Program-made: the position numbers and the translations under genes | Notes under the pieces: generated by a model | Database searches by the model: none | The model's input: only the letters and a program-made list of their open reading frames with translations | Told to the model about the DNA's origin: nothing | In this document: positions 13,210 to 24,983 of the stretch, one piece after another | How the letters are laid out: each line of letters opens with the position of its first letter | Position numbering within the stretch: the stretch's first letter is position 1 | Origin: Malacoraja senta | Taxonomy: Eukaryota | Length of the DNA: 64,000 bases | Reading direction: 5' to 3' | Assembly: GCA_038087875.1 (NCBI GenBank) | Contig: CM075993.1 | Span: 8,806,001-8,870,000 of the forward strand

Positions 13210-14430
13210 GTCCATAATAATCCATTCAGCCTTCAAACCTGCTTTGCTATTCAATGTGATTCTGGCTGATCATTTAAATTCAGAATCCTGTTCCTGTTTT
13301 TTCCTCATATTCCTTGATTTAATTAGACATTAGTACTACGCATAACTTCTTTCTGAACACATTTAATGGTTTGGCTTCAACAGACTTCTGTGGTAGAGAA
13401 TTCCACAAACTGACATTCTTTGGCTAAAGAAATGTCTCTACATTTCAGTCCTAAGCAGCTTATGCCCTGCGTATGACCCCTGATTTTGGACTTTCACTGG
13501 AAATATCTTTCCAGCATCTAGCCTGTCCAGTTCCATCAGAATTATATTAGCTTCAATGACTTCTCTCAGTCTTCTAAACTCTAAGAATCCAATCTCTTTT
13601 AATATGTTAATCTGGCCAGCCCACAAATCAACCTTGTGAACCTTCACTTCAATCCCTCCACTCCCCTCCACTATCCCCCCTTAAATAATACAAAAACTAA
13701 GCATATTAATCAAGTTCCAGTTTCACTGAGGTCCTATACAACTGTAGTAAGACATTCCTGCTCTATTGCTCAATTACTTTTGCAATGAAGGCCAACATAC
13801 TATTTAACTTCTGAACCACCTACTGCACCTGCACACCTATTTTCAACATTTGTTGCATAACGATAGCTCTTGCTGCTATCCTGCATTTGCAACCAAAATG
13901 GATAATCTGACATTATAATGTAACTGCCATGTATATGCCAATCACTCTGGAGCTTCTCTGCATTCTCCCTAGAGTGCCTGCTCCCACCAGACTTTATGTT
14001 GTTCTCAAACATGGATTATTACATTTAATTCCCTCAAATAACGAATATATATTCTGAAAACTGGAGTTCATGCACCGAATCCCATGGTAACACACGACTC
14101 ACTGCATGCAACTCGGGTGCCGGGGGGGGGGGGGGGAATGGGAGATGGGCGAATCCATTTATCCCTACACATGTTTTCCTGTCTGCCAACCAGCTCTCTG
14201 TCCACATCAGTACATTATCCTCAATCTATCTTTCTACAAACTTGCATAGTTTCTAATGTGGGGCATGTCAAAAGATTTCTGAATGCTCAAAACTGTTACA
14301 TCTGTTGATTCTTCCCAATCCACTCTATTAGTTACGTTCTCAAAAAAGTTCAGTAAATCTGTCAAACAAGATCTCTATTTTGTAAATCCATGCTGATTGA
14401 ACTGATCCATTCACTGTTTTCCAAATGCTC
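13210..14430 (-). mobile_element. Old CR1 RT/3' fragment
   Basis: LEFRRLR..LDRLDAGKIFP motif; CR1 3' UTR in reverse. Confidence 0.7.
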
Positions 14431-14444
14431 TGCAATTGCAAGTT

Positions 14445-14742
14445 TAATATTCTTAGAATAAAGGGCAGGCCATTTAAGACCGAGGTGAGAAAAAACTTTT
14501 TCACCAAGAGAGTTGTGAATTTATGGAATTCCCTGCCACAGAGGGCAGTGGAGGCCAAGTCACTGGATGGATTTAAGAGAGAGTTAGATAGAGCTCTAGG
14601 GGCTAGTGGAGTCAAGGGATATGGGGAGAAGGCAGGCACGGGTTATTGATAGGGGACGATCAGCCATGATCACAATGAATGGCGGTGCTGGCTCGAAGGG
14701 CCGAATGGCCCCCTCCTGCACCTATTTTCTATGTTTCTATGT
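14445..14742 (+). mobile_element. Young short CR1 3' end
   Basis: LRIKGRPFKTEVRKNFFTKRVVNLWNSLP; TTCTATGTTTCTATGT tail. Confidence 0.88.
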
Positions 14743-14811
14743 AATAGAAGCTAACATTTTACTCACAACTAATGTCGAGCCACCTTGTCTATTTTGCTAA
14801 AAATACATCTA

Positions 14812-15221
14812 TTGATGCTCCTGAACACATCATCAGTGATGTAACCTGGGGTCATTGGGTGTTTCGGGTCTTTCAACATCAGACACCCTCACCCAGGCGA
14901 CCCAGCCGTGGTTGATCAGACCACGACTTGTGTTCAGGTGGCATTCGCTCCTCCCCATGGACCTTCTCTCCTGATCCAGACCCATCTCGAGGCCTTCACA
15001 GCTGCCTCTGTGGTGTTCATGATGGCCCTTCTCCTCGCCACTCCGGTGATGCCCAGTGCACTCAAGGCTTTGTAGAGCGATTGCCCTGCAAAACCTCTGC
15101 AGCCCACTTCGATGGGCATACATCTTGTCTTCCAGCCCTGCTTGCAGCAGTCTATGACCAGCTCTTCATACTTGGCCATCTTCCTCTCGTGGGCCTCCTC
15201 CAGACGGTCCTCCCACGGCAC
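14812..15221 (-). mobile_element. R2-Hero-like non-LTR retrotransposon 3' end (restriction-like endonuclease)
   Basis: PWEDRLEEAHERKMAKYEEL..GW....PIEVGCRGF..SRWVWIRR, followed by a short 3' UTR. Confidence 0.8.
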
Positions 15222-15852
15222 TATAATTCTATCTTCTCTCTCTTCCTCTTTTTTTAAACAGTGGAGTAGCTACCCACCAATCCAATGGAACTGATGTAGA
15301 GATTAAAGAATGGAAAATGACTACTAATGCAACCACTATTTCTCGATCAACTTCGCTCAGTAATCTGGGAATGCAGCCTATTTGGGGATTTTTCCAGTTT
15401 CGTGGATCTATGTACTCGGCCCAATCATACGCAGCTGTTTCCTCAGCTATCCTACTTGTATTATGATCTTAGAAGTGGGGGTGCGGGGTTGTGAGTGGAG
15501 ATGTTTGCTGATAATTACACAATGTCCAATCCCATCTGTAATTCCTCAGCCAATGAAGTAGTCCTTCTCTGTGTACAAGTCGTCAACATTCAGATATCTG
15601 CTGATATGTAGCAGGGATTATGCCAGGGAATTACCATATACAACTGAATAAAATTATCTTGCATATGTGTAGGAAGGAACTGCAGATGCTGGTTTAGACC
15701 AAAGATAGACACAACATGCTGTAGTAACTCAGCAAGTCAGGCAGCATCTCCGGAGGAAAGGAATAGGTGACAATTGACAAGGAATAGACCACTACCCAAC
15801 AAGGTCGTGGGCTAACATCTATCCATGACATCTGAGGGGCATTACAATTGGT

Positions 15853-16831
15853 ATAATAATAATAATAATAAATGTTATTTGTGGGCGCCTATACAAAAGT
15901 CTCAAGGACACCTTACAGAGTTTAACAAAGAAACAAATAATCGGGGTAAAATAAGTTATAAAGACATCACCAATACACAAATGAAAGCCAGAATTCAATC
16001 CAAAGACACAAAAAAGAAAATCAGAAACACAATGTGAGGAGAGAGCAGCGGCAGCTAAACCTCGCTAGCGTCCACTCTCCCCTCCGACCGCCATCTTGGA
16101 CAGACTAACATAGACACAACACACAAAAATCATCCCCCCACAATGGTTACCACTGTGGGGGAAGGCACAATGTCCAGTCCCCAACCCCAGTTCACCCAAA
16201 GTCAGGCCTATTGAGGCCTCTGCTATTGCCTCTACGGAGGCCCGATGTTCCTGGCCGTTCTCACCGGGTGATGTTGCCCCGGCGTCGGGAGAGTCCTCTC
16301 AGCGGCTGGGCCACCTGGAACGGCCGCATTCCTCACCGGAGGCCGCAGCTACCGAAGCCGACAAGGCCGCGCCGGTTTGGAGCTCCAAGGCTCCCGATGT
16401 TAAAGTCTGCGCCGCCCGATCCTCTCCGCAGTCCCGCAGCCCGGAGGTGTTGACCTCGGCGGTCACAGCTCACCGGAGCTCCAGCGCGTCGATCCAGCGC
16501 GGCGACCCAGGCAAGGCATCGCCCGCTCCGCTCCGCGACAGCGCTCCAGCGCTGTGCCGCCACCGAAGCCGAGGTGCAGGGCGGTCCCCGCCAGGAAACG
16601 GCGCTCCAGGCCCGCTGGTAGGCCACGAGGACGGGTCGACGGGGCAGCCCGGAGAAAAAGCTGCCTCACCAACCAGGTAGGGACCTAGAAATGTCGTTGC
16701 CCCCTTCACCCAACATTAAAAAGTAGAGTAACTCCTACAAACAAAACGGAGACTCACTAATACTGTTTTAAAAAAGTGATTTAAACAGACGGCTGCTGGT
16801 TAGCAGCCGTTCCCCAAGATGGCTCCTCCTC
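15853..16831 (-). mobile_element. GC-rich non-autonomous retroposon with L2-type tail
   Basis: Minus-strand tail TGTAAGGTGTCCTTGAG...GGCGCC...(ATT)n; CpG-rich body and GGCTGC..GCAGCC head shared with 3870-4571. Confidence 0.55.
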
Positions 16832-16924
16832 TTTATGAACTGCATCATCAATATTCTGGGTTATCATTGACTGAAAACTCAACTGGCCCAGGCACACAAA
16901 TATTGAGGCTACAAAAGCAGTCTG

Positions 16925-17115
16925 ACTTATGGGTGAGTGGTGGAATATTGCGTTGGGCGAACGGGTTACATTGGGGGAACGGGTGATGGGGGTGATTGGC
17001 TCCGTCTCCCGGGTGAACAGCGAAGCCGCGTTCGGGGACCAGCCCTCCCAGGTGACGCAGCGCCTCACCTACCCCGCGTTAGGGGACGGGGCCCAACGGG
17101 TCCCGCTTGGTCTAG
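16925..17115 (+). mobile_element. Helitron-like element, 3' end
   Basis: GGTGAGTGGTGGAATATTGCGTTGGG motif, GGGCCC-AAC-GGGTCC hairpin, then CTAG|T. Confidence 0.7.
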
Positions 17116-18104
17116 TATACTATTAAAAGTTTTGTCTAGTTTATCTGTCTGTCTGTGAGATCAAGGAACTATGCCAAAACAGTACACAACAGTGCGAACA
17201 TTTTTGCAGAATGTTACTCAGCTTTTTCCCCTGGTCGTGAGTATCAAGTTTTTTCACATTTGATGTTATATTTCACGTTATTGATATTTAAAGTTTAAAA
17301 TAAACCAACTTTGAAAATAATAACTGCCTGTGAGAGTGAGACTTTTCCAGCAGCTTCCAGTGATGATGTCAAAATGCCACCTCACAGTCGTCCAATCACA
17401 ATTTGATCTAATTTACACAAGCTGCCGTGAAGATTCCGAAAACGGAAAATGACATCATAATAGGATCTCTGCTGCTGATCTCTGTTATAAGGAGAGGGAC
17501 TTAGTGTGGGAGATTTACAAGTTTTAAAGTGACATTTAAAAGTTGGATTTCTTCAAATCTGCATTGGCGGTTAGGCAGTTATGACGTCACAATGCCCTAC
17601 AATGTTTCCATCCCAGAACACTGAGTCCTTAACAGCAAATGTCCTTCAGGGAAAGAATCTGCCAGCCTAACCCAGCACAGCAAAGTTAATTAGATTTTGA
17701 TAACAAAGGGGAAGAATCTGCCAGCCTATACCAGCACAGCAAAGTTTAATGATTAGATTTGGATAACAAAAGATGGCCTTGTCAGTGGCACCTACATCAC
17801 ATTAAATCTTAGTGCAATTGCATTCTTTTAAAAGTTTAAAATGACCTGCACAGTTGGGGGCTCTGGGTGAGTGGTGGAATATTGCATTGGAAACGGGTTG
17901 CGTTGGAGGAACGGATGAGTGGTGGAATCTTACGTTGGGGAACGGGTTGCGTTGGGGGACTAGGCCTCCCTTGGGGGCTTTGGGTGGGTGGTGGATTATT
18001 GCGTTGGGGGAACGGGTTAGGTTGGTGGAACAGCTGAGTGGTGGAAACGGCCAGTCACTTTTTATGCCGCAGCCTTAAAAAGTGACTGACTGACTTTGTT
18101 ATTA

Positions 18105-18540
18105 TTTTATTTTTTAATTTAATTTTTTTTAATTTTATTAGAAGTATTGTACATTACAGTAATCTCCAATAAACATAAGTTTATACTTTTCTTGTACCAC
18201 TTCTTATTTTAAACTTTAATAAGAGAAAAGGATAGAAAGAGTTAGTAAAGATAGTAAGTGAGTGATTGAAAGAGTGGTCCAGGAACACCCATATGGACCT
18301 AAACCACAAGAAATTGTTTTAAAAAAAAAGAGAAAAACCAAAAGGAGGAAAAAGAAAAAATAAGATAAGATAGGACAATATGAAAGGGATGTACCTACTT
18401 CATATCTTTACTCACCCCTCGCCAGGTCCTGAAACCATTTATTATCAACATTTTGCTGCACCCTATGTTTGTAATATGTCGATAAATGGAGACCAAATCT
18501 TTTGGAATTGGTCTGGTTTACCTGCTATAGTTATTTTAAA
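18105..18540 (-). mobile_element. Short L1 3' end (different family)
   Basis: GKPDQFQKIWSPFIDILQT* followed by a pyrimidine-rich UTR and AATAAA plus A-rich tail on minus strand. Confidence 0.75.
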
Positions 18541-19209
18541 ATGCCGTGCGTGCGCATGCGGTCCGGAGGCGCAGGAAGGGGAGGGAGAGGTAACCAGCCG
18601 CACGAGGGGGGAAGGAGAAGCAACCAGCTGTGGGAGGGGGGGAAGGAGAGGGAGAGGCAACCAGCCGCAGGGAGGGGGGAGGAAGAGGGAGAAGCCTCCC
18701 TGCGGACCTGGACCAACAGCCCCTGGACCCCGCACCGGCTGGAATCACAGCCTAGACACAGGCGGCTGAACACAGACACAGACACAGTTATTTCAAAATA
18801 ACTGAAAGTCAGTCAGTCCCTTTTTTTGTAACATTGTTGTAAGGAGAAGGACGGAGTGGGGGAGGGGATGAGAGGATTGTTGTTTAATTTTATTTAAACA
18901 GATAGAGGGAAAGGAGGGTTATGGAGGGAGGGAGAGAGTGACTGAGGGTAGGAGAAAGGAGAGGTGAGGGAGTAGGGAAAGGGAGGAGAGGGGAAAGAAG
19001 ATGGAGGGTGAAGAGGAGGAGGAGGGAGTACTGGGGACAGGCATGAGACAGGAAAAAAGAGGAAGAGAGATGGGGTTCCAGGAAACATTGCCCCCGGTAG
19101 GATTTTTTTTTGATAATTGTACCTTGAAATGACAGTTTTCTTGCCTGTTTACCCATAATTTCTCGCGGGGTCTTCCCCACTCACAGGACCCCCCCCCCCC
19201 ACCCTTACC

Positions 19210-19480
19210 TTTGCTCACACACACAGGGACCTCCTCACTGCTCACAGGAAACCCGCCACCTTTGCTCACTCACAGGGAACCCCTCACTGCTCACACTCAC
19301 AAGAACCCCCTCTCTGCTCACACTCTCAGGAAACCCCTCACCTTTGCTCACACTCACAGGTACTCCCTCACTGCTCACACTCACAGGGAACCTCTCACAG
19401 CTCACACTCACAGGGACATCCCCTCACCTTTACTCACACTCACAGACTCCCCCCTCTGCGCACCAGGGCTCACACACACT
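19210..19480. repeat. ~30-bp minisatellite (TGCTCACACTCACAGGGAACCCCTCAC-like)
   Basis: About 8 degenerate tandem copies. Confidence 0.85.
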
Positions 19481-20182
19481 CTACTTGCTTTAAAACGCAT
19501 ATTGACACCGACAATGCCCGGCCCTCCAGCCACGCCACGACCTTTCCCAGCCCAGTGCCCACTCTCGCGCTGCCTTCCCCCAGAGCCGCCGCTAACTGCA
19601 CTCTCGGCCCCGGCGCCTCGTTCCACCAGGCCTCGCCTTCTCCTCCAATCACCACTCTCTATCATCAATCCTGCCCCCCCCCCACTTCCACCTCTGACCG
19701 ACGCCTCCCTCCTCCAATCATCGCACTGAATCATCATATCCTGCCCCAATGCCTGCTGACCGACATCCCTCTCGTCCAATCAATGCCCTCGATCATCAGT
19801 CCCACCCCCACTGTCTTGCAGAAAGCCATTTAGAGATTTAGATTATTTTAAAACAAATTTTGAAATCCGCGGAAATCTGCGGGTCCGCGGAGAAATCTCA
19901 TGCCTGTGGGGATGAGGGGAAATGAGTCGCGCCTGAGCAGTTGGGGGCTATTGGTGAGTGGTGGAATTTTGCTTTGGGGGAACGGGTTGCGTTAGGGGAA
20001 CAGGTGAGCGGTGGAATATTGGGCTGGGGGAACAGGGCCCAACACTCCCACTTGGTCTAGTAAGAAATAAATGTTGGCCTTCCCAGCAATGCTCAGATCC
20101 CCAAAAAAGTTAACAAGAAAATTTAAGAAAATGTATTTCTTTGTTCATTATATATTTCATCAGCACTGGAAAATAAAAACAA

Positions 20183-21030
20183 AATAGAATAGAATGCTAT
20201 TTATTGTCATTCAAACCTAGGCTTGAACGAAATATCATTACTACAGTTTTTTACATTACAAAAAAACCCAAGACCCACACTTAACACATTTACATAAACA
20301 TCCATCACAGTGAGTCTCCAACATCTCCTCACTGTGATGGAAGGCAAAGTCTTATCTCTTCCCTTTATTCTTCACCCGCGGTCCAGCAGTGCAACTGCAG
20401 CGTCTAGATGAACTGGGGCTCCGGTGTTAAAGCCCCCGGCGGACGATGGTAAGTCCTGTGGCCATTTAGCCACGCCGGGCGATGTTAGGCCCCGGCTCCG
20501 TGTCCTTTAAACCCCGCGGTTCAAGCAGTCCAACCCGCAGTCCAACTGCAGCGTCTAGGCGAACTGGGGCTCCGATGGTAGAGCCCCCGGCAGACGATGG
20601 TAAGTCGCGCCGGGCGATGTTAGGCCTCGCTCCGTGTCCTTTAAACCTTGCGATTCCAGCGGGAGAAGTTGCCGTTGCGGGAGCTCCGAAAAGCCATCTC
20701 CCACCAGGGACCTGGAGCTCCCAATGTTCCTGTCCACCGGGCCCGCATCCGGAGCTTCCGAAACTCCAAAGTCGGGTCGCAGCGGAGCGCCACCACAGCT
20801 CTCCCCGCTCCAAAGTCGGCCAGCTCCGCGATATCAGGTCCCAGGCTCCGCGACTGGAGCCCTCAGGTTGGTCCCGGCCGGAGGCCGCCGCTGGCTCCAC
20901 AATGTTAGGCCCAACGACATCGGAGATCCGACAGGAAAAAAGTCGGGTCCCCGTACAGGGAAGAGATTAACGGTTTCCCCAACATCCCCCCTCCACCCCC
21001 CACATATACACAGCTAAAAAATAATAAAAT
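20183..21030 (-). mobile_element. GC-rich non-autonomous retroposon with Rex1-type tail
   Basis: GAATGACAATAAA plus (ATTCT)n tail on minus strand; CACTGTGATGGAAGGC core; internal ~150-bp duplication (20380-20650). Confidence 0.55.
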
Positions 21031-21505
21031 CAGGAATGATTCAAGTTCCAGAATGGAATGGGTGAAAAGGCAAAGAGTATCTGTGATTGAGTGCAGACCA
21101 AAGGTAAGATGGAAGAGATAACAACAGAAACCTACTGAAACAGAAAGATACAGCCCCATCTGTGGACGGCGATCTGAAATTGTTCACTTCATAAACTGTC
21201 CCAAGTACGGCAATATGACCATACGAAAGATGAGGTACTTTTCTTCACGCTTTCGTTGGGCAAAGTTGAAGCAATCTAGAAAGCTGAAAACAGAGGCCAG
21301 AACGCAAATGGGGCAGAGAATTAAAGTAACGGGTGACTGGAAGTGCCCTATGAACTAAAGAAGGCTGATCTGCAAAGCAGTCATCCAATTTGTTTGTTTT
21401 CTGCAAAGCCGACACTTCATGGTTTTTGTTTTAAATATGTAAAACAGTGGTTTTTAATATTAAAATCAATATATTTTAGAATATATGTATTGATCCACAA
21501 CTTAC

Positions 21506-21631
21506 CTTCACATTTTTGCGTTTCTTCACTAAATCTATGTCCAGCTGGGCATTTGCATTCAAAGGATCCCACGGTATTTATGCAATTTCCCCCATGACAG
21601 CTCCCTGGGATAGCTTGGCATTCATCCACAT
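21506..21631 (-). CDS. FBN2: Fibrillin internal exon, calcium-binding EGF domain 1, 126 bp
   Basis: (D)[41 protein letters not shown] with cbEGF consensus and 6 Cys. Acceptor ctttggtag|AT, donor G|gtaag. Splices in frame (phase 1) to the 39561-39758 exon. Confidence 0.9.
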
Positions 21632-22488
21632 CTACCAAAGAAAGTAAAAATATTTAATTGAATTGTCCTGCAGTTTTCACCAATCATGCTATTGCAGTAG
21701 TACTTACCACCACATTTATTTATCTTTAATGCTCAACGCAAAAAAATTAAGTTACGAACTGAAGCTGTTGAATTTTCTGTGGTCCTGTACACCCCCTCCC
21801 TTCCCCGCGGAAGTGTACAGCACAAGATACAATCGTTCACATTCTCTACACAATGTACTTCCTAGTATTGAAACAAGTGTTTTTTTTCCGGTTGTGGCTG
21901 ACACCAAAAGGAAAACTGATTGAAAAAGATTGTTAACTTGATTATATTTCAACATAATCTAAAGTTTTGAAATTTAAAGAAAGGGATTTCACCACTAAGT
22001 GAAAGTCGGTCCTCTTTTAATTTCTTCCCACATTGCTGTGATTGGGACAAATGGAGCTCGCAAATGGAAATAACTTCAAGCAACAGTTAATCTCACCAAT
22101 GGATTTGATGGAACTCTCTTTGAATCTCAATCATTTTCTTTTGTAGATTGTTGCTTCTGAGTCAAAACAATTACTTTTTAACTTTAATTTTAATTCAAAG
22201 TCTCGTGACGAGACTACGTGAAGAACCCGCCAGCCCGTATGCGCATCAATACGTTGTCGCATGGAGTGAGATACGGATACGGATGCATTCGGAAATGCTC
22301 CGTCAGAGCTTTAACGGTGAAGGTAAGTTTTTTTTGCAGTAACAGTGCTTCTTGTTTCAATGTGGGTATGATTTCCAAAAATGGACAAACCAAGAAACAA
22401 GAAGAGATGTGCCGTTGAAAATTCAGTGGGGAATGACGGCAACAAGCGAGGTCGGTGGCCGTTGCTATCAAGCTCAGAGCAAGCGCGA

Positions 22489-22862
22489 CCTGCACAGCAA
22501 CCACCGCTAAAGCTCCGAAAGGGAGTAGCTTGTCTAGCGGGGCTCGGAGACGTGAACAGGCGCGGCCTGCACAGTTAACCTCCGTGAAAGCTCCGAAAAG
22601 GAGTAGCTTGTCGACCCGGGCTCGGAGACGCTGGCAGGTGTGGCCTGCACAACAACCTCCACGAAAGCCCCAAAAATGAGCAGCTTGTTGACCCGGGGTC
22701 GGAAATGCTGGCAGGTAGGGTCTGCACAACAACCTCCGCGAAAGCTCCGAAAAGGAGCAGCTTACGGACCCGGGCTTGGAGATGCTGGCAGGGCGGCCTG
22801 CACAGCACTCTCCGTGAAAGCTCCGAAAAGGAGCAGATTGTCGACCCCAGGCTCGGGGAAGA
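22489..22862. repeat. ~77-bp GC-rich tandem repeat, 5 copies
   Basis: Units start near 22489, 22566, 22644, 22721, 22797: CCTGCACA.CAACCTCCG.GAAAGCTCCGAAAAGGAG.AGCTTGTCGACCCGGGCTCGGAGA... Confidence 0.9.
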
Positions 22863-23144
22863 CCAAGTCGGAACTGGCTGTCCAAAAGGACAATACTGGC
22901 CAGGGAGGCACTGCCTCAACATCTAAGGTTGATGTTATCAGTCAACTCACAAGAGTGGGGATAAGTGAGTGAGTGGCTGGTGATGGGGAGGTGCACTGCA
23001 CTGATACAGGCAGTTCAATTCAGATATCTGAGGATATCTCCCACTCAGGGGCTGGGAGTATGAGGATTCCCTCAACAAATGGATAATACCTTTCAGCTCA
23101 CGACTATAAAAGAGCTGCCGGCACTCGGGATTAAAATTTGCCAT

Positions 23145-23452
23145 CCCCTCGGGCCCGTCGCGGAGCGGAGCACGGATTCAGGCGCGGGACTGACTTACCA
23201 TCACCCGGCGGGGTCACAGCGTCAGAAGCCTGGATCGCCTCAGCGCAGAGGGAGAACAAAGAGGGAAGAGACAGAGACTTTAAGACTTTTGCCTCTATCA
23301 CAGTGAGGAGGTGCCTGGTGAACTCACTGTGGTGGATGTTAATTTGTGTTTATTGTGTGTTTTGTTATTTATTATATGTATGACTGCAGGCAACGAAATT
23401 TCGTTCAGACCGAAAGGTCTGAATGACAATAAAGGAATCTAAGTCATCTAAG
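23145..23452 (+). mobile_element. 3' part of GC-rich retroposon with Rex1-type tail
   Basis: TTTTGCCTCTATCACAGTGAGGAG core (reverse complement of the 20325-20350 motif) and CTGAATGACAATAAAGG tail. Confidence 0.55.
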
Positions 23453-23959
23453 GTGAACCAGTAGAGGCAAATCTGGCAAGTAGCATTATATACTTGAATT
23501 CACATCAGCTGAATGAGAACATGCAAGAGAATGCTGAAAAGTATGTTAATCCTGATAACTGCCAGATTCGTGATTGGTTAAACGAAGTCTAAAGATCTAA
23601 AACTCCAGCAAGTTCGGAGAGCTCTCACAAGAGGGATTTTGGTGTTTGCGAGGTTGGTGGATGGAACACAATGTTCTGAAGTGCAGCAAGACGCCTTAGC
23701 ACTGCTGTGTAAGGATATCATCCCGACCAAGTTAGTGGCTGAAACCGCTAAATTGAGGCTGGTTGGAGCACCAGGCCTACACATCTAAGACAGAGCCAGA
23801 GGCCTTTTTTAGGCACAGGTTCACAGCACTCACCATGGAGACAGCGCGTGCCACACACTGTCTCAACCACAGCAGGCCACGATGTCAGAGCCAGAGGGAA
23901 GGGACAGAACAAAAACCAGTGTCAGCAGATGCTGTCAATCAACCACCTAATCCCGTTAA

Positions 23960-24983
23960 GGTAGGTGAGTATTATTTCGGTTTGATGTGGTAACGGAAAA
24001 AAGGGTAGAGTAGCCTTCAAAAAATGTCTAATTTGTAAATATCTAAAAAAGTGTGAATTAGGTAAATTATATTTATTGGAGAGTTGTTCGAAAGACATAA
24101 AACAACCATCCAAAAACAAATCACGGAAAGCTACTAATCCCTCTTCCATAACAGAAAGGCTTGATCAGTACTAGAAGGTTGGAAGAGAAAATTAGATATG
24201 ATAGGACTCGATAAGATAAAATCATTCAGTCCAAAAAACTTACGAAATTGAAACCATATTCGAAATGTATGTCTTATTATTGGGTTAGTCGTATATTTAT
24301 TCAATCTCGTAATTGTAAAAGGTAACGAGGCCCCTAGAATAGAAGCCAATGATAGCCCTTGTATAGAATCACGTTCAAGTTTTATCCATCCTGGGCATTG
24401 GGTATCTTCTAAATCTTTTGTCCAAAACGTTAAATAACAAACATTAACTGCCCAATAGTAGAATCTAAGGTTCGGCAGTGCCAAACCACCGTCTTTTTTT
24501 TATTTCTGTAAGTATTTTTTACTTAGTCTGGAATTTTTATTCTGCCATATATATGAAGAAATTTTGGAATCAATAATTTCAAAGAAAGATTTGGCAATAA
24601 AAATTGGTATCGTCTGAAATAAATACAAAAATTTAGGTAAGATAAACATTTTAATAGCATTGATTCGGCCGATTAAAGATAAGGACATTGGCGACCATTT
24701 AGTAAACTGTTGTTTGATATGGTCAATTAAAGGCGTAAAATTAGCTTTAAATAAATCCTTGTGTTTCTTGGTAATCTTAATACCTAAATAAGTAAAACTT
24801 TCGGTAGTCAATCAAAGTGGAAACTGTCCATAATTCGAAACTAGATTGTTTATTGGAAAAAGCTCACTCTTACTAAGATTTAGTTTATAACCAGAGAAAC
24901 TACTAAATTGATTAAGTAATGCTACTATTGCCGGAATAGATTTCTCAGGGTTAGAAATGAATAATAACATTTCATCTGCATAA
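23960..24983 (-). mobile_element. L1-clade ORF2 fragment (second family), split at the YADD motif by CR1
   Basis: YADE..., FSGYKLNLSKSE, LSLIGRINAIKMFILPKFLYLFQ, LPNLRFYYWA; the preceding IKLSL codons lie at 27211-27226. Confidence 0.88.

Larger units (their letters stand above)
17116..20060 (+). mobile_element. Composite Helitron-like element (5' end directly after the previous 3' end; CTAG end at 20060) with nested repeats
   Basis: TATACTATTAAAAGT start; internal ~60-bp duplication (17648-17771); GGTGGAATATTGCGTTGG repeats; ends CCCACTTGGTCTAG|T. Confidence 0.6.
22175..23950 (+). mobile_element. Probable DIRS-like retrotransposon 5' remnant (terminal repeat plus decayed ORF1)
   Basis: Starts with T-rich run and GAGACTACGTGAAGAACCCGCC...ATGCGCAT; decayed coding MDKPRNKKR..., EKYVNPDNC, KDLKLQQV..ALTRGI..FAR, QQDALALLC. 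Resemblance to DIRS ORF1 is from memory; no RT or recombinase seen. Confidence 0.45.

Noticed and set aside
16836..16860. CAG|AATATTGATGATGCA (NIDDA) as the next cbEGF exon
   Set aside because: No cysteine pattern follows; it runs into a repeat.
22489..22862. Regularly spaced ~77-bp repeats as a CRISPR array
   Set aside because: Whole units are similar with no unique spacers, no cas genes, and the context is a vertebrate intron.
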